Assembly (NCBI GenBank): GCA_964530955.1
Contig: CAZHCL010000016.1
Coordinates: 1 to 17,107, forward strand
Source: Candidatus Woesearchaeota archaeon
GTDB taxonomy: Archaea; Nanobdellota; Nanobdellia; Pacearchaeales; GW2011-AR1
DNA: 17,107 nucleotides
Direction: 5' to 3'
Positions within the stretch are counted from its first letter, which is position 1, and each line of letters starts with the position of its first letter. A model generated the notes under the pieces. The model was not told where the DNA came from, did no database searches, and was given only the letters and a program-made list of their open reading frames with translations. Shown piece by piece: positions 15,214 to 17,107 of this stretch. The position numbers and the translations under genes were made by a program.

Positions 15214-15402
15214 TTTTTTTAACCCCCTTTCAGCTGTAGTACTCTTGGCAATCCCGAAGGATTCCTCTTAGAGGAAGTTGCCTTTTTTTAGCAACCCGCC
15301 AGGCCGTGTCGAGCATGTAGCCAAAGCTACTCTCTGACACAAGTTATCTCGTTTATTAAAAACGAGGCCATCACTTGGCCAGTACTCTAGCTATGTAGAG
15401 TA
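15214..15402 (-). ncRNA. Putative structured 5' leader of the S-layer mRNA (about 188 nt, seven hairpins), with a Shine-Dalgarno-like GGGGG (15223-15227)
   Basis: GC-rich island of back-to-back inverted repeats between the TATA box (15424-15431) and the ATG. It includes a cUUCGg tetraloop in the transcript sense (15250-15263). Confidence 0.7.
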
Positions 15403-15423
15403 ATATTATAGAACAAAAAACCC

Positions 15424-15440
15424 TTTAAAAACCTTTCTCT
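15424..15440 (-). promoter_or_regulatory. BRE + TATA promoter of the S-layer gene
   Basis: The minus strand reads AGAGAAAGG-TTTTTAAA, a purine-rich BRE followed by a TATA box. Predicted start is about 15401. Confidence 0.65.
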
Positions 15441-15663
15441 AGACCTGGATATTAAAGCGAATATATCAACGTAAAGTATGCGGACCCTTTATAAACCTTT
15501 TGATGTTACTGCCAGTTACTACATAATAAAATCTAATATAATGATTCGTCTTCCGTCATATTACATAAAATATAGGGTATAATAAGCCATATATGTATAA
15601 AAGAAACATATAAATACTCTATAGGTTTATGCAATATAGGGTAAATTCAACCAGATATACAAA

Positions 15664-16023
15664 ATGGCAAAGAAAAATAAAGTAAGAGAGATAAATATCG
15701 TCGACAATGAAGGAGTTTTCGCAACTTTCTTCAAAAAGTTCACCCATGGAGAAAGCGAGTATGATTTTGATTCCCTTTCTGCACTAAGAAAACTGCTGAG
15801 TAATGAAAAAGCAAAAATACTTTACATTATTAAGACAAAAAAACCCTCTTCTTTGTACAATCTGGCAAAAACTCTTGGAAGAGACTTCAAATCGGTAAGG
15901 GAAGATATCTCTCTTTTGGAAAGATTCGGGTTTATTGAAATGATTTCAGAGAAGACAGGCAAAAGGCAGAAACTTAGACCGGTTATTATATCAGATACCA
16001 TAACAATAAATATCAAGATTTGA
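15664..16023 (+). CDS. HTH DNA-binding protein (HVO_A0114/COG4190-like predicted transcriptional regulator)
   Basis: 'LRKLLSNEKAKILYIIKTKKPSSLYNLAKTLGRDFKSVREDISLLERFGFIEM...RP' is typical of this family. Confidence 0.8.
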   Translation: MAKKNKVREINIVDNEGVFATFFKKFTHGESEYDFDSLSALRKLLSNEKAKILYIIKTKKPSSLYNLAKTLGRDFKSVREDISLLERFGFIEMISEKTGKRQKLRPVIISDTITINIKI

Positions 16024-16029
16024 CCCCGA

Positions 16030-16560
16030 CTAAGAACAAACTTTAAGGACCGTTGTAATAACTCCCTGACCAGATGAGAAGAAAGACTCTCCCTGCTGAT
16101 AATTTGCTGATGAGCAATTGCCCCCCAGTATACTAATTATGTCGCTGCTATTCGAAGTAGTAGCATTGACCGAATAAATAGCATCAAAATTATACCCTTT
16201 TTTGCTGCTTTCAGGGCCTACGTTAATATTAGAGTCTAAAATCGATCTGATAGTCTGATTAAGAGCAAAGCACACCTCCCTTCCATCCAAGCACTGCTTT
16301 CCCTGTTCGGTATAGCAACTGTCTATCAAGTCCTTAACAGAAGCATAATTGGGCTCATATCCAAAAGCACAGTCGCTGGTATAAAGATAGGAACTATCAA
16401 TAAAGTCAGTCAAATCACCATTCTGAACCGTATTAGGCTGATTATGATTCAATGAAATACTAAGCAAAATTACCCCTACGACCACAACAAGTATAACCAC
16501 TGCTACGAATCCTACAATCTCCTCCTGTCCTTTTTTATTTTTTAACATAGTATTTGTCAT
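16030..16560 (-). CDS. Pilin-like protein with a class III signal peptide (start could be 16548)
   Basis: 'KNKKG/QEEIVGFVAVVILVVVVGVILL': basic residues, G/Q cleavage site, then a hydrophobic helix. Cys-rich C-domain. Confidence 0.75.
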   Translation of the reverse strand: MTNTMLKNKKGQEEIVGFVAVVILVVVVGVILLSISLNHNQPNTVQNGDLTDFIDSSYLYTSDCAFGYEPNYASVKDLIDSCYTEQGKQCLDGREVCFALNQTIRSILDSNINVGPESSKKGYNFDAIYSVNATTSNSSDIISILGGNCSSANYQQGESFFSSGQGVITTVLKVCS

Positions 16561-16561
16561 A

Positions 16562-17068
16562 TTAACTGCTGCTCAGGCTCTTTCCCGAAGCGTAAATCCT
16601 CCCTAGCTCGCATCTTACATAATTTCCATTATTAAAATCAACCCTGCAAAGAGAAACATACGCTGATTCAGGTATCCCCTGAGCGTTATTTATCAGAGTT
16701 ATAGTCCTACAATCAGGATAATTTCCAGTAGTGCACTCTCCGCTCTTATTAGGAGAAGTCACTTCAACCTGCAAAAAGTCAAGATTCCAAAATCCCCTAT
16801 ACCTTGTCTGATTCTTTAATAAAATCAATTTATCCATGTCAATGCAATTCTGGCAATCAATCGCAGTAAAAGCAAATTCAGGGGTTGAAGAAAGTTTCCT
16901 GACTAGTTCATTTGCAGCCTGAGCTCTCTGAGATTCAACATTATTACTCAATCCAGAAAGAGTCACCTTAAAGTATATTATCGCAACAATCGCAAAGAAG
17001 ATAACTATCGCTACAAGTACAAAAGCCATTTCCTGTATTTTTATCTGTCCTTTTTTCTTATTTTCCAT
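16562..17068 (-). CDS. Pilin-like protein with a class III signal peptide (start revised to 17068)
   Basis: 'MENKKKG/QIKIQEMAFVLVAIVIFFAIVAIIYF'; six Cys in the C-domain; separated by 1 nt from the next gene. Confidence 0.75.
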   Translation of the reverse strand: MENKKKGQIKIQEMAFVLVAIVIFFAIVAIIYFKVTLSGLSNNVESQRAQAANELVRKLSSTPEFAFTAIDCQNCIDMDKLILLKNQTRYRGFWNLDFLQVEVTSPNKSGECTTGNYPDCRTITLINNAQGIPESAYVSLCRVDFNNGNYVRCELGRIYASGKSLSSS

Positions 17069-17107
17069 TTTAATATTAAAATAACTTGCATGAAAGAGCA
17101 CTATTCA

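Noticed and set aside
15240-15402. Hairpin array as a CRISPR array, tRNA, SRP/RNase P RNA or MITE
   Set aside because: There are no repeated units with spacers, no cloverleaf, it is too short and lacks the SRP or RNase P conserved motifs, and there are no terminal inverted repeats with a target-site duplication. A 5' leader fits its position best.

Overview
AT-rich archaeal chromosome segment, most consistent with a DPANN archaeon of the Pacearchaeota/Woesearchaeota group (inferred from gene content and protein style, not from a search). The left half (1-8 kb) has housekeeping genes interleaved with single ORFans: partial scpA, spt5, rpl11 with a long extra tail, tRNA-Pro(UGG), rpl37ae, an rpoP gene missing from the ORF track, pfdB and sepF. 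It also has two divergent regulator/partner pairs: a CARF-like domain opposite a wHTH protein, and an HTH-Nudix protein opposite an active Nudix hydrolase. The right half (8-17 kb) is a cell-envelope locus: a multi-Ig, C-terminally anchored surface protein next to an archaeosortase, a DedA protein, two paralogous Cys-containing membrane-anchored proteins, an 800-aa S-layer protein, an HTH regulator and two pilin-like proteins with class III signal peptides. Most genes have a TATA box starting 28-30 nt before the ATG, so they look leaderless. The S-layer gene instead has a ~188-nt hairpin-packed leader and a Shine-Dalgarno-like site. The best leads are that leader RNA, a tRNA whose near-universal G19:C56 pair is swapped to C19:G56, and a possible sortase-anchored two-component S-layer. 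No CRISPR array, rRNA or recognisable mobile element was seen.
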